NCBI RefSeq assembly: GCF_006345805.1
Contig: NC_043008.1
Span: 33,294,001 to 33,358,000, forward strand
Direction: 5' to 3'
DNA length: 64,000 bases
Origin: Octopus sinensis
Taxonomy: Eukaryota
Below, piece after piece: positions 1 through 12,199 of the stretch. Under the pieces are notes generated by a model. That model had not been told where the DNA came from, ran no database searches, and saw only the letters and a list, made by a program, of their open reading frames with translations. The position numbers and the translations under genes are program-made. Within the stretch, counting starts at the first letter, position 1, and the number at the start of each line of letters is the position of its first letter.

Positions 1-156
1 ACATGTTTACATTTTACTGAGTCCTATCATAAATATATTTACAAATTACTACAAGAAAGTTAGTGAAGTTTCAGTTGGTGGAACCTCACAACAGTGATGA
101 CAAGGGTTTGCAACAAATGGGAAAATGCTGTGCTGGATAAGACCTGTGCTATTTAA

Positions 157-366
157 TCCTTTTGATACTAAACTGCCCATGGTTCTTTGATACAAATTGC
201 CCATTTTTAAAGTAACTTATAACCTTCCATCAAACCTGCTTGTAAATATATGTTCTGACCACCAGCTTAATAATAGCAAAAGTTATTGTATTAAATTCTT
301 CATTACTTTCAAAATTAATTGAAACATATATCAGTATATTACAACAGAAATGTGGTAATAAAAGTG
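157..366. mobile_element. Degenerate piggyBac-type MITE (same family as 61734-61954, opposite orientation)
   Basis: TTAA at 153-156 followed by TCCTTTTGATAC; right end GGTAATAAAAGTG then TTAT. The reverse complement shares internal blocks (GAATTTA..A.AATAA, ATTAAGCT.GTG, GAACATA, TTTG.TGGAA) with 61734-61954. Confidence 0.6.
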
Positions 367-684
367 TTATACAAGCTTGGAAAAACCAACAAAATATGTC
401 AGTGGCAATGATGATGATGATAAGGATTATGATGATGTAAATGACAACAGTTGGACATGCAGATTGATAGAAACTTGTGACCCATAAATCCTTTGTTTTA
501 ATTCACATTTGTAGACATCACTTACATAAATGACCTCAAGAAATACAAAAATATCAAACATTATTTCTTTTCCACCTTCTCCATTCCTCCTATAAATTTG
601 AAATGTTGTATCTGAAGTGGGGGGAAAAAGTTTCTTTTATAACACCTCTTCTATAAGCCATAATTATGACCTTAACCCTTTAGC

Positions 685-800
685 CCCGTGGAACAAGCTA
701 CCACAAGATGTCATTCAACTGCCCACCACTCCCCTGTTCAAAGAGGCTCTAGACAACTGTGGCAACCATGCATAAAACTGTATATAACAATAACTATTTT
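685..800 (+). mobile_element. CR1/L2-group LINE 3' end remnant
   Basis: Translates PWNKLPQDVIQLPTTPLFKEALD*, matching the WNxLP..V......FK..LD C-terminal motif of CR1/L2 ORF2. Confidence 0.55.
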
Positions 801-811
801 TTTTTTGACAT

Positions 812-1210
812 GGAGTAGGAGTGGTTGTGTGATAAGTAGCTTGCTTACGAACCACATGGTTTTGGGTTCGATCCCACTGCGTGGCACCTTGGGCAAGTGT
901 CTTCTACTATAACCTCGGGCAGACCAAAGCTTTGTGAGTGGATTTGGCAGAGGGAAACTGAAAGAAGCCCATCGTATATATATGTGTGTGAGTGTGTATG
1001 TTTGTGTGTGTGTGTGCGTGTGTGTGTATGTTTGTGTGTCAGAGTTAGTCCCCCAACATCGCTTGACAACCGATGCTGGTGCGTTTATGTCCCCATAACC
1101 TAGCAGTTCGGCAACAGTGACCGATAGAATAAGTACTAGGCTTACAAAGAATAAGGCAGTGCTCCAGCATGGCCACAGTCAAATGACTGAAACAAGTAAA
1201 AGAGTAAAAG
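812..1210 (+). mobile_element. tRNA-headed SINE family B (CORE-like motif, internal (TA)/(GT) microsatellite)
   Basis: A-box-like GTGGTTGTGTGATAAG, B-box GGGTTCGATCCC, CCTTGGGCAAGT motif resembling the MIR/CORE domain, tail TGACTGAAACAAGTAAAAGAGTAAAAG. Further copies or fragments near 22160, 22350-22990, 23915-24240, 24425, 40370, 47190, 60400-60640 and 60925-61700. Confidence 0.8.
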
Positions 1211-1498
1211 GGCTTAAGCACATTGTGCTCTTCTGCCAATAAATTTGATTTGAAACCAGCCAAATCTGGCGAAAATATTCTTCTATCTGCTTCAAGTTCA
1301 AACTAATCAGATCTGGCTTCTAACACCTACCCTACAATGTCATACAAAAAATATACAATCACATCATCAAAATCTTGAAGGTACAGGATAATGCCTAATT
1401 AATTCAAAACAATGTCAATAAATAAGAATTATAATACAATTTAATCTGAATGTTAAAGGATTAATCGAGACATGTGCAGTATATGTTTTTTTCTAGAC

Positions 1499-1735
1499 CA
1501 GTGGTGCTCAACCACTTTTTGTCTATGGACCTCCATTGATTCCTATTTTACTCTATTGGACCTCCATAGCCATTCAATACATATTTAAAAAATCTTAAAT
1601 ATCATTAGGAATTGTATAAAAATATTAAAATATTTTGAGTATTGTAGATATATAAGCAATTTATTGCACTTAAATTTTAACAACCAAATCTTATATGAAC
1701 CCAAGGACCATATGAACTCCAGTCAAGAACCATTG
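1499..1735. mobile_element. hAT (Charlie-like) MITE
   Basis: Ends CAGTGGTGCTCAACC ... GTCAAGAACCATTG (degenerate inverted). Flanked by 8-bp TTCTAGAC (1491-1498) and TCCTAGAT (1736-1743), fitting the NTCTAGAN target of Charlie-type hATs. Confidence 0.75.
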
Positions 1736-2820
1736 TCCTAGATTACTACTTTTGTTTAATCACAAGTCAGCTTTGATCGCATAGACTCATAATTAAAGGC
1801 ATTCCAGCTATGGTCATCTTTTCTGTATTTGTTTCAGACAACATTATCCACTATATTATTTTTAAAGAGAACAGTGTGATATTGGGGAGATTTTGTTACT
1901 ATTTCTAGCAGGTCAAGCAACCACACAATCCCTACATAGTATTAGCAGGCCAAAGAAAACCAAGGCATAATCTTGTCTGTCTGAATTCTCCCACTGCTGC
2001 GATCAAATTCTCAATTTGAATCTAATGATGACTACTTTGTCCTTCTGACCAGTACACTGTCCTATAAGAATTCACTAAAACAATGTAGGGATGATAAAAC
2101 AAGCTTGACCAAAATGGGTGGATGACAGACCTAAAGCAACAGCAACAAGATGCGAGCGATATATTGTAAAATATTAATAAAAATTATTGTAATATATTCT
2201 TTAGTAGGATTCGTATTCAAAGATCAAAGCTAGTTAGTTAGTAGAGTCATTAAAGATGATGAATAGAATGTCTGATGGTAGTAGTTATTTCAAATCTGTG
2301 ATCTAATTTCAAATCCTTCTAATGACATACATAATGAATAAATATAAATATTATGTAATCAACTAAAACATATTTTATGCAAAATCTAAACTTCATTGCG
2401 AAGACCGCTGGTTCCTTCCTCCAACCCAATATTCTAGATATGATTTCTAACACAGGTACAGACCAAGTACTAGAGGAGAGAAATACCGCATTAGTTTTCT
2501 GTTTTCCATTAACAACTATGATAATCAATTGAGTAATATAATTGACTACAGTACTTTTGCAACATTTTGTCGATCCCAAGGAAAAGTGAATAACGTTAAC
2601 CTCAGTGGGATTTGAACTCAAGAAGTTAAGGATTGTAAATAAATTCTGCAATGCATTTTGACTGACGCTCTAACGATTTTACCAGTCCAGCACCAATAAA
2701 ATCGACTGTATCGACCGCCAAAGAATATACGGAACAGTGCGCACTTATTTTATCGATAAATAAACATTGTTTTTAATTTTTACGAGATTCGGTGAGGGAT
2801 GGGGTTATATTTAGGGTTAG

Positions 2821-3042
2821 CTGGCAGAAACGTTAGCACGCCGGGCGAAATGCGTAGCCGTATTTCATCTGCCGTTACGTTCCGAGTTCAAATTCCGCCG
2901 AGGTCGACTTTGCCTTTCATCCTTTCTGGGTCGATAAATAAAGTACCAGTTTCGCACTGGGGTCTATGTAATCGACTTAATCCCTTTGTCTGTCCTTGTT
3001 TGTCCCCTCTATGTTTAGCCCCTTGTGGGTAGTAAAGAAATA
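2821..3042 (+). mobile_element. tRNA-headed SINE family A, Tx1-tail subfamily, with target-site duplication
   Basis: A/B boxes (CTGGCAGAAACGTTAG, GAGTTCAAATTCC), central GACTTTGCCTTTCATCCTTTCTGGGTCGATAAATAAAGTACCAG, tail TATGTTTAGCCCCTTGTGGGTAGTAAAGAAATA. 15-bp direct repeat TATATTTAGGGTTAG at 2806-2820 and 3043-3057. Confidence 0.9.
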
Positions 3043-6000
3043 TATATTTAGGGTTAGCGGTGGGGTAAAATTAAAATAAATTGGGCAATTCCTTTGCAAT
3101 GTGTATTTTTCGTTAGTTTACCACTTCATATCACTATGCGGACACTAAACAGAGATCTCAAATAATAGATGTGGTATATAACATGCAACTTTAGTTCGTT
3201 AACAAACGCATAGTCGTATCCATATTAACTGTTGAAAGACCAGATAGGAAAAGATTATAAGCAACATAAGCCATTCATTGACAACGCAATATAATAAAAG
3301 AGAGTGAGTGACATTTCCACAGCTGTTGGTCAGGGTTATGGATTAAATTAAACTGCATGGAAGTGGAATTAAGGCGCAGGATAACCGTGTTTGCGCAGCA
3401 CCGCCCACACATAATATATAACATGCCAGAAGAGGTTTACTGCTACTGCCTTCCATCTCGATACTATGGGGAAAAAACTGGTGAAGGACATATATTGGTT
3501 CGACCAAGGATAAAATGCATCAACATTCCATTACGAAATAGTGTAGAAACCAGTATAATACATGCATATACACACATACATGTCATGCGCACGCACACAC
3601 GTGTGTGTGTGTATAAGATCATGTTGAGAGAGCCTTTCGCACTTTTTTGTCTCGGAACTGTTGATATTGCCGATGTTTAAATAGTAATAATAATAGACCT
3701 ATGATAAAAGGCTTTCCAGCTGTGACCATACTGTCTTTTTCCATGATACGGTGAAATTGAGGCCACAATACTCAATGTATCCTTTTCTGGGGCAGTAACT
3801 GAGGGAGATTTGGTAGCTACTTCTTGAAGGGCGAGCGACCAAAAAGGCTCGCTGTGGTTGTTACTGTTCAGTCCCACATTAGCCTAGATTTAGACGTATT
3901 TTCAAAGGCCTTCGTTTTGTGTTTAGAATGAGGATATCTAGAACTGTATCATTCAATGCCCTTACATATTTTAAGATGACGCGACTGGCGAGAGACTTGA
4001 TTGCTATTTCTAGCGGGATGGACGATAACATAGACTCCTACGTTGCTTCACAATGGTGCTGATTATTTAAAGAATTGATTTATAAAAAAGTATAAAAATA
4101 AATTAGATGTCTTAATATTTCAGGGTTTTTTAAAAATAGAATTTCGTCAAACCAGACTATCAGAAGTTTCGTGATGAAGTGAATATTTTGTGGTTTAGAA
4201 CAAAAACATTGGTAAATTAAGAAAGAAGCCTAAATCGGTTGAGCTTTCACTGTAACAGCAGATGAATAAGATAAGAAATATTACTCTATGGAAGGAAAAG
4301 GGAGAGATTTCGGACCTGATTATTGCCGGAGAATGTGCAGTGTTTGTTTTTTTCCCGTTAGGCTATGAGGCTGTAATGTGCGTCAATAAATTGTTACCTT
4401 AACGACACCCGAGTAAAGATAATAAGGTTCAATCCAATGAATAAAAGATCGATAACAGTTCTCCGTAAGATTACCCAAAACTACATTAAAATACAAATAC
4501 AAAACCGAAAACAGAAACATGAGCGAAGAAAGAAAAAAATATCAATTCAATACTAAATACTTCAATGGATCGCACACCTCAAGGTTTAATGGAACCTACT
4601 TAAGCAAACCAACACACTTAGGCATTATAAGCTACAAGATAAACGATGTCCTCCCTAGTTACATACACGTGGCTATACTTAATTCAACAATATGAAAATT
4701 AAAACAAAACAAAAACAGAAATGAAACAAAGATAGCAACAGTTTTATGCTGAGTGGACTATCTATAACAATGCAAAACAAAACTATGAAATTGTTATCAT
4801 TTGCTTTAGTGATGATTTCTTTCAGGGGCACAAGGTAAGAAAGATTTAATGAATTGCACTGAGAATTGCAAATCACAACATCAGGGGCAAAACTATACAC
4901 TGTCATCCTCTAACTTTACCGAACAATAATTTTTTGTACAAAAACAGAGAGTTTTGGATTTTTTACGAGATTAAGAATATGTGGTTTTCATACATTTCCC
5001 ATGGAACAGAGCCGCCTTAGTGACATTAAAGACCTTTAGGAAAACCAATGCCATGTGTCCGATAGTATTTGTTTATTATCAATTAAACAGTTCAGAATTG
5101 GGTCTCATAGGCTAATGAGCAACTGCCCAGTGTGTCCATGCCTTAAGTTGGCACTGCTGTGGAATAGCAAATAGAATTCGTTCAAATAGCCTGTAGGGAA
5201 GATCCTGTTTGAGACTAGACTGGAGTTTCGTTTGTCTAGGAAGCCAAACATCAGATACGTTTTGGGTGCGAAAAATCATTTCAATATCGCCATCGTAGAA
5301 TCGGTATTTCGCCAAGTCATTTCCAGAGTTCAATCCATCAAGGATGATAAAATAAGTACCAGTAATATATTGAGGTCGAGTGTACAAAGTAGTTTTATCC
5401 CCTCCCATATTTTCTTGGCCTAAAAATCATTTACAGAATCTGTAGAATGTCTGACAAAATAAATGAAAAGTTCTAGATGGGTTCCTTTACGTCCCGAGTT
5501 TAAATCGCACTAAGATCGATTTTGTTTTCAATTTATATCGATAAAATAAGAACCAGTTAAATATTAAGAATCAGTTAAGTTGACTACATCCTTTCCCACA
5601 AAGTTGTGGTTATTGTGCATAGTTAGAAAGCATTACTACCATTGGTTCCTTCCTACATAATTAACGTCGTACCGTTGACTGGATCCACACGAGCGTATTG
5701 CTGGTTTATCTTGATCTGAGAGGGCTGTGATGGGCAGTGGATATCAAAATCGTTACATCAGAGGACAAAATGCCTTGTGGCATTTAGTTTCAACCCTCTG
5801 CATTCTGAATTCAAATGTCACCAAGGTCAATTTCATCTTACATCCTTCAACGGAGGGAGAGATCGATAACACAAAGTATTAGGTACTAAGATCGATCTAA
5901 TATTTATCTTAGAAGAGGAGGGAATAAAAGAAAACTAAGGCCGACACTAGCGAGATTTAACTCCAAAGGAAGAGCAATGAAACTAAATACTATATTACAA

Positions 6001-6699
6001 GCGTTTATTATCATTTCTATTGTCTTCAATTACATTGCGGTTACCCGTAGCAAATACATGAAGGTCACAACATCTATTTGCCCTCACTTTGGCTTCAAGA
6101 AGTATTTAATTATGATCATCAAAGACCTGTTGTTGTTGCTATTTAGCCCCGTTGACAAAAGGTGTTTCAGCCGCCAGTCCTATATTTTTCAGGCATAGTG
6201 TATCTAAGACTACACTGTTCAGACACCGGAGTGTCCCGGTCAGATACATATTCCCAGTAGGTTATGAGAACTGTTAAAGGTTCCCTCGCTGGCCTGAGGT
6301 AAATTAGCTTTCTAGCCATGATGATCATCTTTTTAGGAGTGTATAGGACATTATTTACTCTCCTTTCTTTATGTAAGATAGCAGAGTGTGACCTGAGGAA
6401 TATTCAGCTACTATTTTCAGCAGATCGAACAACCCTCGATGGCAAGAGGAAGTTGTTTATGGTTGCCCATACAGTATTTCCGTAATACAATACACCAAAT
6501 TTTGGTGCCATTGTTATATCATGTTTAAAACCACGCCACAAGATCAAACAAATACCTGTAATACACATGGGGCTCTCGCTATAATAGACTATAAGACTTA
6601 CAATACATTTAGTCTCGTGTGAAGGTGTTTTTTTTATAGATGGAGAGAGAGATGTGGTACATGATAGAGGGCAAGGATACAACCAGCCAGAGTGAGACA

Positions 6700-6706
6700 G
6701 ACAGAC

Positions 6707-6757
<51 letters not shown>

Positions 6758-6775
6758 CAGACAGATAGATGAGAC
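6700..6775. repeat. (AGAC)/(AGAT)n microsatellite
   Basis: Direct reading of tandem AGAT/AGAC units. Confidence 0.95.
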
Positions 6776-7496
6776 AGTCATACGGACATACAGGTACACA
6801 GGTAGATATGGAGATAATTGAACCAGAAAGATGACTGGAAACATAAAACATGATAAACATACCCGCCACATGCTAACCTGCAACAACAAAAACTACTACT
6901 ACCCAGAAAATATAACTGAAAAGCAGGTTGGTGACATAGATAGATATATGAGCAGAATTGTTACAGAATTGGAGTGTTGCAATTAACGAACTTCAAAGAC
7001 ATTTCATCGCAATATTCCAAATACATAAACGTCGCTACAAAAGTAAAGAAATATGTACAAACCGAGTAACAGATGTTGAAATACTTGGTAATCGCATCAT
7101 CTTGGAGTATTTATTATCTGTAAGACTCCACCAAATCTAAGACATACAGAAGAGATTTGAAGTGATTAGTTTACAGAGTGAAGGAGAGAGGGTGGAAAAA
7201 AACTGGCAGGCTAGACAGATGTATTAGTACATACATACTCTACTAATGTTGAGTGAGTAGTCGAAGAAAAAATAGTGCGCTAAACGAAAATATTTATTCG
7301 TTCACTTGCTGCAGTAATTTAGTCGTTCTTTTTTTCTTTCAATTTTTGCAGTCTTTCTCTTGCTTTGGTATGTCCATTTAATTATCTACTTCATTCCCTC
7401 TCTCTCTCACACACACATAAACACGCGTACGCACACACATACACACCTACATATACATACGCCCTCGCACACACCTATATACATACACGCACACAC

Positions 7497-7565
<69 letters not shown>

Positions 7566-8239
7566 CAACAATTGAGGGTAAAATTAATTAATTATTAATC
7601 AATTTCACCAAGTATTCAGTATGTAAAGGGACCATAGGCGATAGTTGAAATTTATAGAAAGACAAAGACAGGTGTATGAACAACAAGCAAGTGTATTAGT
7701 TTTTGACGCTCGGAAAAATGAAAAAGTATTTTATGCTTTGAGCCTACACTTTTCAACATATATGTGCGTGTGTGTGTTAACGCGAAAAATGAGCGAAGTG
7801 AAATAACTCAATGGCCAGTGGCCTGTATATGAACAACATTGACAAGTACATGTATTTTAAATACTTAAATACTATACAACATAAACTCTTGATTTGTTAA
7901 AACTACCAAATGGCAATTCAGAATAACCCCTATGTGAAAAGAGGAGATAATTCTCAAGAATTAATCAATAATTCTACACACTTGACATGCCTCTAATACA
8001 AAGGACAGGCTTATATTCTGGAGGTAAAAGGACAGACGTGGAAACGTGTTTCTGCCTCAACAGGCGTCATTAGCATGTCAATTGTCCTAACCTGTCTCCA
8101 GCAACGGAGAGACATAAAGAGTGGAACACTTATGACCAGAAGTGTGTTAATATGTGTGTGTGATTGTATTAATATATATGTGTAGGTGTACATATAGGTA
8201 TGTATCAATATATAGATGTGTGTGTGTACATGTATGTAA

Positions 8240-8422
8240 CCGCGGTACTCCGTTAGTTATGACGACGAGGGTTCCAGTTGATACGATCAATGGAACAGAT
8301 TAGGTCGATTACAGTGCGTAAATGTTACTTATTTAATCGATCCCCACCTCCAAAAAAAGGATGAAAGGCAAAGCCGACCTCGGTGGAATTTGAACTCAGA
8401 ACGTAGCGGCAGACGAAATACC
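8240..8422 (-). mobile_element. SINE family A copy, head truncated at GGTATTT, with a different tail
   Basis: Central domain and B box are present. Tail (sense) CTGTTCCATTGATCGTATCAACTGGAACCCTCGTCGTC differs from the Tx1-type tail. The head stops exactly at AAATACC (plus strand, 8422). Confidence 0.75.
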
Positions 8423-8655
8423 TATTTCTTTACTACCCACAAGGGGCTAAGCACAGAAGGGACAAACAAGGACAGACGAACAGATTAAGTCGATTATATC
8501 GACCCCAGTGCGTAACTGGTACTTATTTAATCGATCCCGAAAGGATGAAAGGCAAAGTCGACCTCGGCGGAATTTGAACTCAGAACGTAGCGGCAGACGA
8601 AATACCGCTAAGCATTTCGCCCGGCGTGCTAACAATTCTGCCAGCTCGCCACCTT
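8423..8655 (-). mobile_element. SINE family A, Tx1-tail subfamily, full length
   Basis: Reverse complement is highly similar to 2821-3042 and most CpGs are retained. Confidence 0.9.
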
Positions 8656-8674
8656 CATAAGGCTATTAATAATT

Positions 8675-8840
8675 ATTTCTACTCTAGGCACAAGACCCTG
8701 AAAATTTTGAGGAAGGGGACTAGACGATTACATTGACCCCAGTGTTTCACTGGTACTTAATTTATCGGCCACAAAAGGATGAAATGCAAATTCAACCTCA
8801 GCGGAATTTGAACTCAGAATGTAAAGGCGGACAAAATACC
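8675..8840 (-). mobile_element. SINE family A ((ATT)-tail subfamily), head truncated at GGTATTT by the Tx1-B 3' end
   Basis: Tail CTTGTGCCTAGAGTAGAAAT, central domain and B box present. Ends at AAATACC (8840), directly abutting the Tx1-B tail. Confidence 0.8.
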
Positions 8841-11097
8841 AATTTCTTTATTGCCCACCGGGGGCCAAACATAGAAATGGACAGAGCAACTGATGGGATC
8901 AGTAATGCGGTATGATTTTACATAAAATGTGACTTTTAAAAATTAAATACAATATATAGAAAATCGAATGAAATTAACAATACAGAGACAACACAAATGA
9001 AGCGACGACCAGGCCACGCTCCGACCCCACAAGCCCCGATCTACCGCTGGTACCGTTTTTTATTCGTTCTTTTTTTTTTCCGTCTATTCACACGGTTCCT
9101 TGCACGCACAACTCTCGTGCAGCATGCTTCAATCTCTTTTGGAACGGACACTCCGACAGACACCTCTTCTCCAGCCACACCTTCCTTTTCAAATGAAAAG
9201 AAAAAATTTATCGTAAATTGTGGCCAGAGATAGTTGCCTGTCTTAATTCCTTTTATCCTAGTCTTCCATACTGCCTCTTTCGCTATTGCTACAACCGCGA
9301 GAAAACAATTCTTACCTTCGTTCGTTAAAACTCTCGGTGGGTCAGACTCATTCGACAGCTGTACTCTTATTCGCCGGACAACAAGTGTTCAGCATAAGCC
9401 CACATTTCAGATATCTCCGGACACTGAACAATAGCGTGAGGGACGTTTCTCTGTCACCCCGCATCTTGGACAGATCGGCGACTGACGCTTACCGTGTCTT
9501 GCGAGCTTATCCCAAACGGGCAAGGCATTGCCAGGTTAAGAACTTTTGGAAGTTGTCCAACGTTCTCAACCCGTATGTACGGTGAAAGAGACTGTCCAGC
9601 TGAATAAACCCGAGACCTAGTGTCGCCCCCAGGCCATCGTCGCATTGAGAATCTACCAACCCACTATTTAAAATCCATGTGGAACCCCCACCGCTGGCGT
9701 TGCCCGAGCGCCGGAATAGCAAGAGGGCCTTACGGCACTCTTTATGCCATTCACTCGACCTCGGTCTACGAGAACACCAGGCTTCCTGTTGGCAAAAACG
9801 TTTGAACTCGGGAAACATATGTCTGGCCAGCAGAGACCACAACCGTTCACTATCCAGGAGAATCCAGAGGTGGCTCAACCTCAACGCATGTCTGCGCATA
9901 ATTAACCAAGGCATCCCTAAACCTACCTTTAAAGGCTTTTGACAGCAGACAGAGCGTTTCAGAAGTGGCGACCTGCCCTTCCACAAATAGCGAAAGAGCT
10001 GTCTCTCCAACCTGATCAACCACGAATCCGGACAGGGCCCGACGGCCAGGCGGTAGGTAATGACTGATGCGATAAACACATTGGCCACCTCCGCCCTCCC
10101 TTTCAGGGATAGCCACCGCCAAGACCAAGTCTTGACTACTGCAACCACCCTGCTCAATACCTCCGTCCAGTTCTTCTCTATCTGGAAGCCTGGTTCAAAC
10201 CAAACTCCCAGCAACTTAACCGGTCCCTCCGTCCAGCGCCCAACAACGCTGTCTGAAGGCATCGACTTGCCAACCCAGGTGCCGAGCTGCAAGCCGACCG
10301 ACTTTTCCTGGTTAATCTTTGCTCCTGCCACCTCCTCGTAAGCCTCAATAGTCTTACCCACTCCACGCAGGCGTGCTACTGAGGTTGCGCTGACAGTGAT
10401 ATCATCCGCGTAAGCCGTAACAAACTCCTCTAGACCTGGTTTTCTCGGGATGCCACTCAACCTTCGCAGTAGGGGCTCGAGAGCCATCACATACAAAAGT
10501 GGTGAGAGCAGACATCCGTGACGAACTGAGCGTCTGATGCAGAACGGCTTCGAAAGGAAACCGTTCACCCGAACTATCGAGTCAATGATCTGCGGATAAA
10601 CCCATTCTGTTGCCTGTTCTCGTACACGTCAGCCAATAGATGCCCGAACAAGTCTGGTATACATTTATACAACTCGTGCGGAAGACCATCAAGTCCCGGC
10701 GACTTACCCACTTTACAGTCCACAGGTGTGATTGGCCCTTCGCAACACTCTGCATCCGACCCCGAGAGACACGACAGCCCGGCAAGAAAGTCCTCGAGGG
10801 CTCTCCCACCACCAGGACCGCCGTCACCCCCGAACAGCTGGGTGAAGTACTCCCGAAAGGCCTCACACATTTTCTCGGGTTCGTTTACCAAGATACCATT
10901 TTGATTCGTCAAAGACCGAATAGTGGAACTATTTCCTTGCCGAGCTTCCAGCACTCGGGCCCATCCAGTGGCCTTGATTCCTTCACTTCCCATCGCACGT
11001 AACTTAGCTCTGGCAATACTTCCCATGTTAAGCTTCAAGTTGCTGGTTTAACTCCAGTCCTTTTACCCTCGCTTGGTCCGCATTACCAGTCCTCCAG
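8841..11097 (-). mobile_element. Tx1-clade LINE copy B, non-inverted 3' part (degenerate ORF2 plus ~250-nt 3' UTR)
   Basis: ORFs 10574-11038 and 9507-10568 are collinear homologues of ORF2 at 54128 (GKSPGLDGLP, SVRHGCLLSPLLY, AYADD, KINQEKS, LSLKGRAEVAN). The C-terminal zinc-finger region at ~9230-9500 is frameshifted. Roughly 0.4 kb of RT is deleted at ~10575. Tail ends GGTGGGCAATAAAGAAATT at 8841. Confidence 0.92.
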
Positions 11098-11737
11098 GCG
11101 TAAGCCCCGATGTTTCCAATGTGGCCTACTGGGTCACATTAAAAAATATTGTAAAGAAGGTGAAGAAGAATCAGACGGTGAGGAGGAAGAAAGAGAGAAA
11201 GAAACTGAAGGAAAAATAAACAACAAAAGGAAAATGGAAGGCTCGAACCAGCAAGAGCAAAGTGAGCCGAGACAGAAAAAAAAAACAGCCAAGAGAGACA
11301 GACCGAGGATGGCGGACACGGTGACGAACAGAGGAATAGCTGCACTACACAGCAAAAACGAAGACTTAATGCGTAAAATAAAAACAAAAAAAATCAGCAA
11401 CTATGAATTTTACAAATTGAACAAAAAAAAAACGTATATCTTGTTTAACACATAGAAAATCGGTCTCAACATTGAGATTTGATTTTCATCAATCTATGTT
11501 TAGAGGCTTGCCATTTCCGACCCTAAGTCAAGAAAAGGTTGAGAGTCCCTCTCCACACGACGCCCCGATCTAAAAGGTAAGTCACGTCTATTCACATTGG
11601 TTGTATAAATGTCGTTGACCTGAGTTGGATGCAAGGGCGCTTCCTAAATGACATCAGGTCGAAAAATTTGGACGTAATTGTTGCAACAGAAATCCGGGTG
11701 AAGGGGCCAAGAAATCTACTCTTGTTATTTTCTGGGT
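11098..11737 (+). mobile_element. Inverted 5' segment of Tx1-B (ORF1 zinc knuckle to ORF2 start)
   Basis: Plus strand reads RKPRCFQCGLLGHIKKYC (CX2CX4HX4C, 11111-11152) in frame with ORF 11234-11455, then IHIGCINVVDLSWMQGRFLNDIRSKNLDVIVATEIRV from 11590, homologous to LRIGCLNVRGLGSPWKQGHLLNDLRFHDVDVAAISETRL of ORF2 at 54128. Confidence 0.88.
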
Positions 11738-12133
11738 CCTAGTAATAGTTCTCTCGATCGTAAGTGCTTGGTCAAAAGATTAGTATTCAGCACAAAAGTA
11801 CAAAATAGACAACAATCCCCAAGTGCAAATCGTGCAATGAGTTGACGGAACATAATTTTAAAATACGATTCTACATGCATAAAAATTCTTTATATTTCCA
11901 TCTGACCATTACACTTGATAGAAAGAGCGACCATCTCTCGTTCAAATCACATTATACATCTTCATGTATGTGTATGTGAACATGTGTGTATGTGTATATG
12001 AATGCATTAATCAACAACAGATTCTCTACATGGTACCCAAACCTATATTAAAATAGTAGTCAAATCTCTTTTAAATCATACTCAGTAGCATCAATATACT
12101 AATACACAATAAATCCAATGTACACACTTTGAC

Positions 12134-12137
<4 letters not shown>

Positions 12138-12182
<45 letters not shown>
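12138..12182. repeat. (CA)n microsatellite
   Basis: Direct reading. Confidence 0.95.
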
Positions 12183-12186
<4 letters not shown>

Positions 12187-12199
12187 AATTTGCACGAAT

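Larger units (their letters stand above)
676..1460. mobile_element. Split piggyBac-type MITE (left TIR 676-684, body ~1250-1460) interrupted by nested insertions
   Basis: TTAA(672-675)-CCCTTTAGC at left and GTTAAAGGA-TTAA(1461-1464) at right (7/9 inverted match). A LINE tail and a SINE lie between them. Confidence 0.5.

Noticed and set aside
6404-6889. 161-aa ORF and other 60-180 aa ORFs over microsatellites and SINEs (e.g. 15958-16306, 19467-19944, 60636-61172)
   Set aside because: Repetitive translations (SIYL, MYVC, YIHT) arising from simple repeats.
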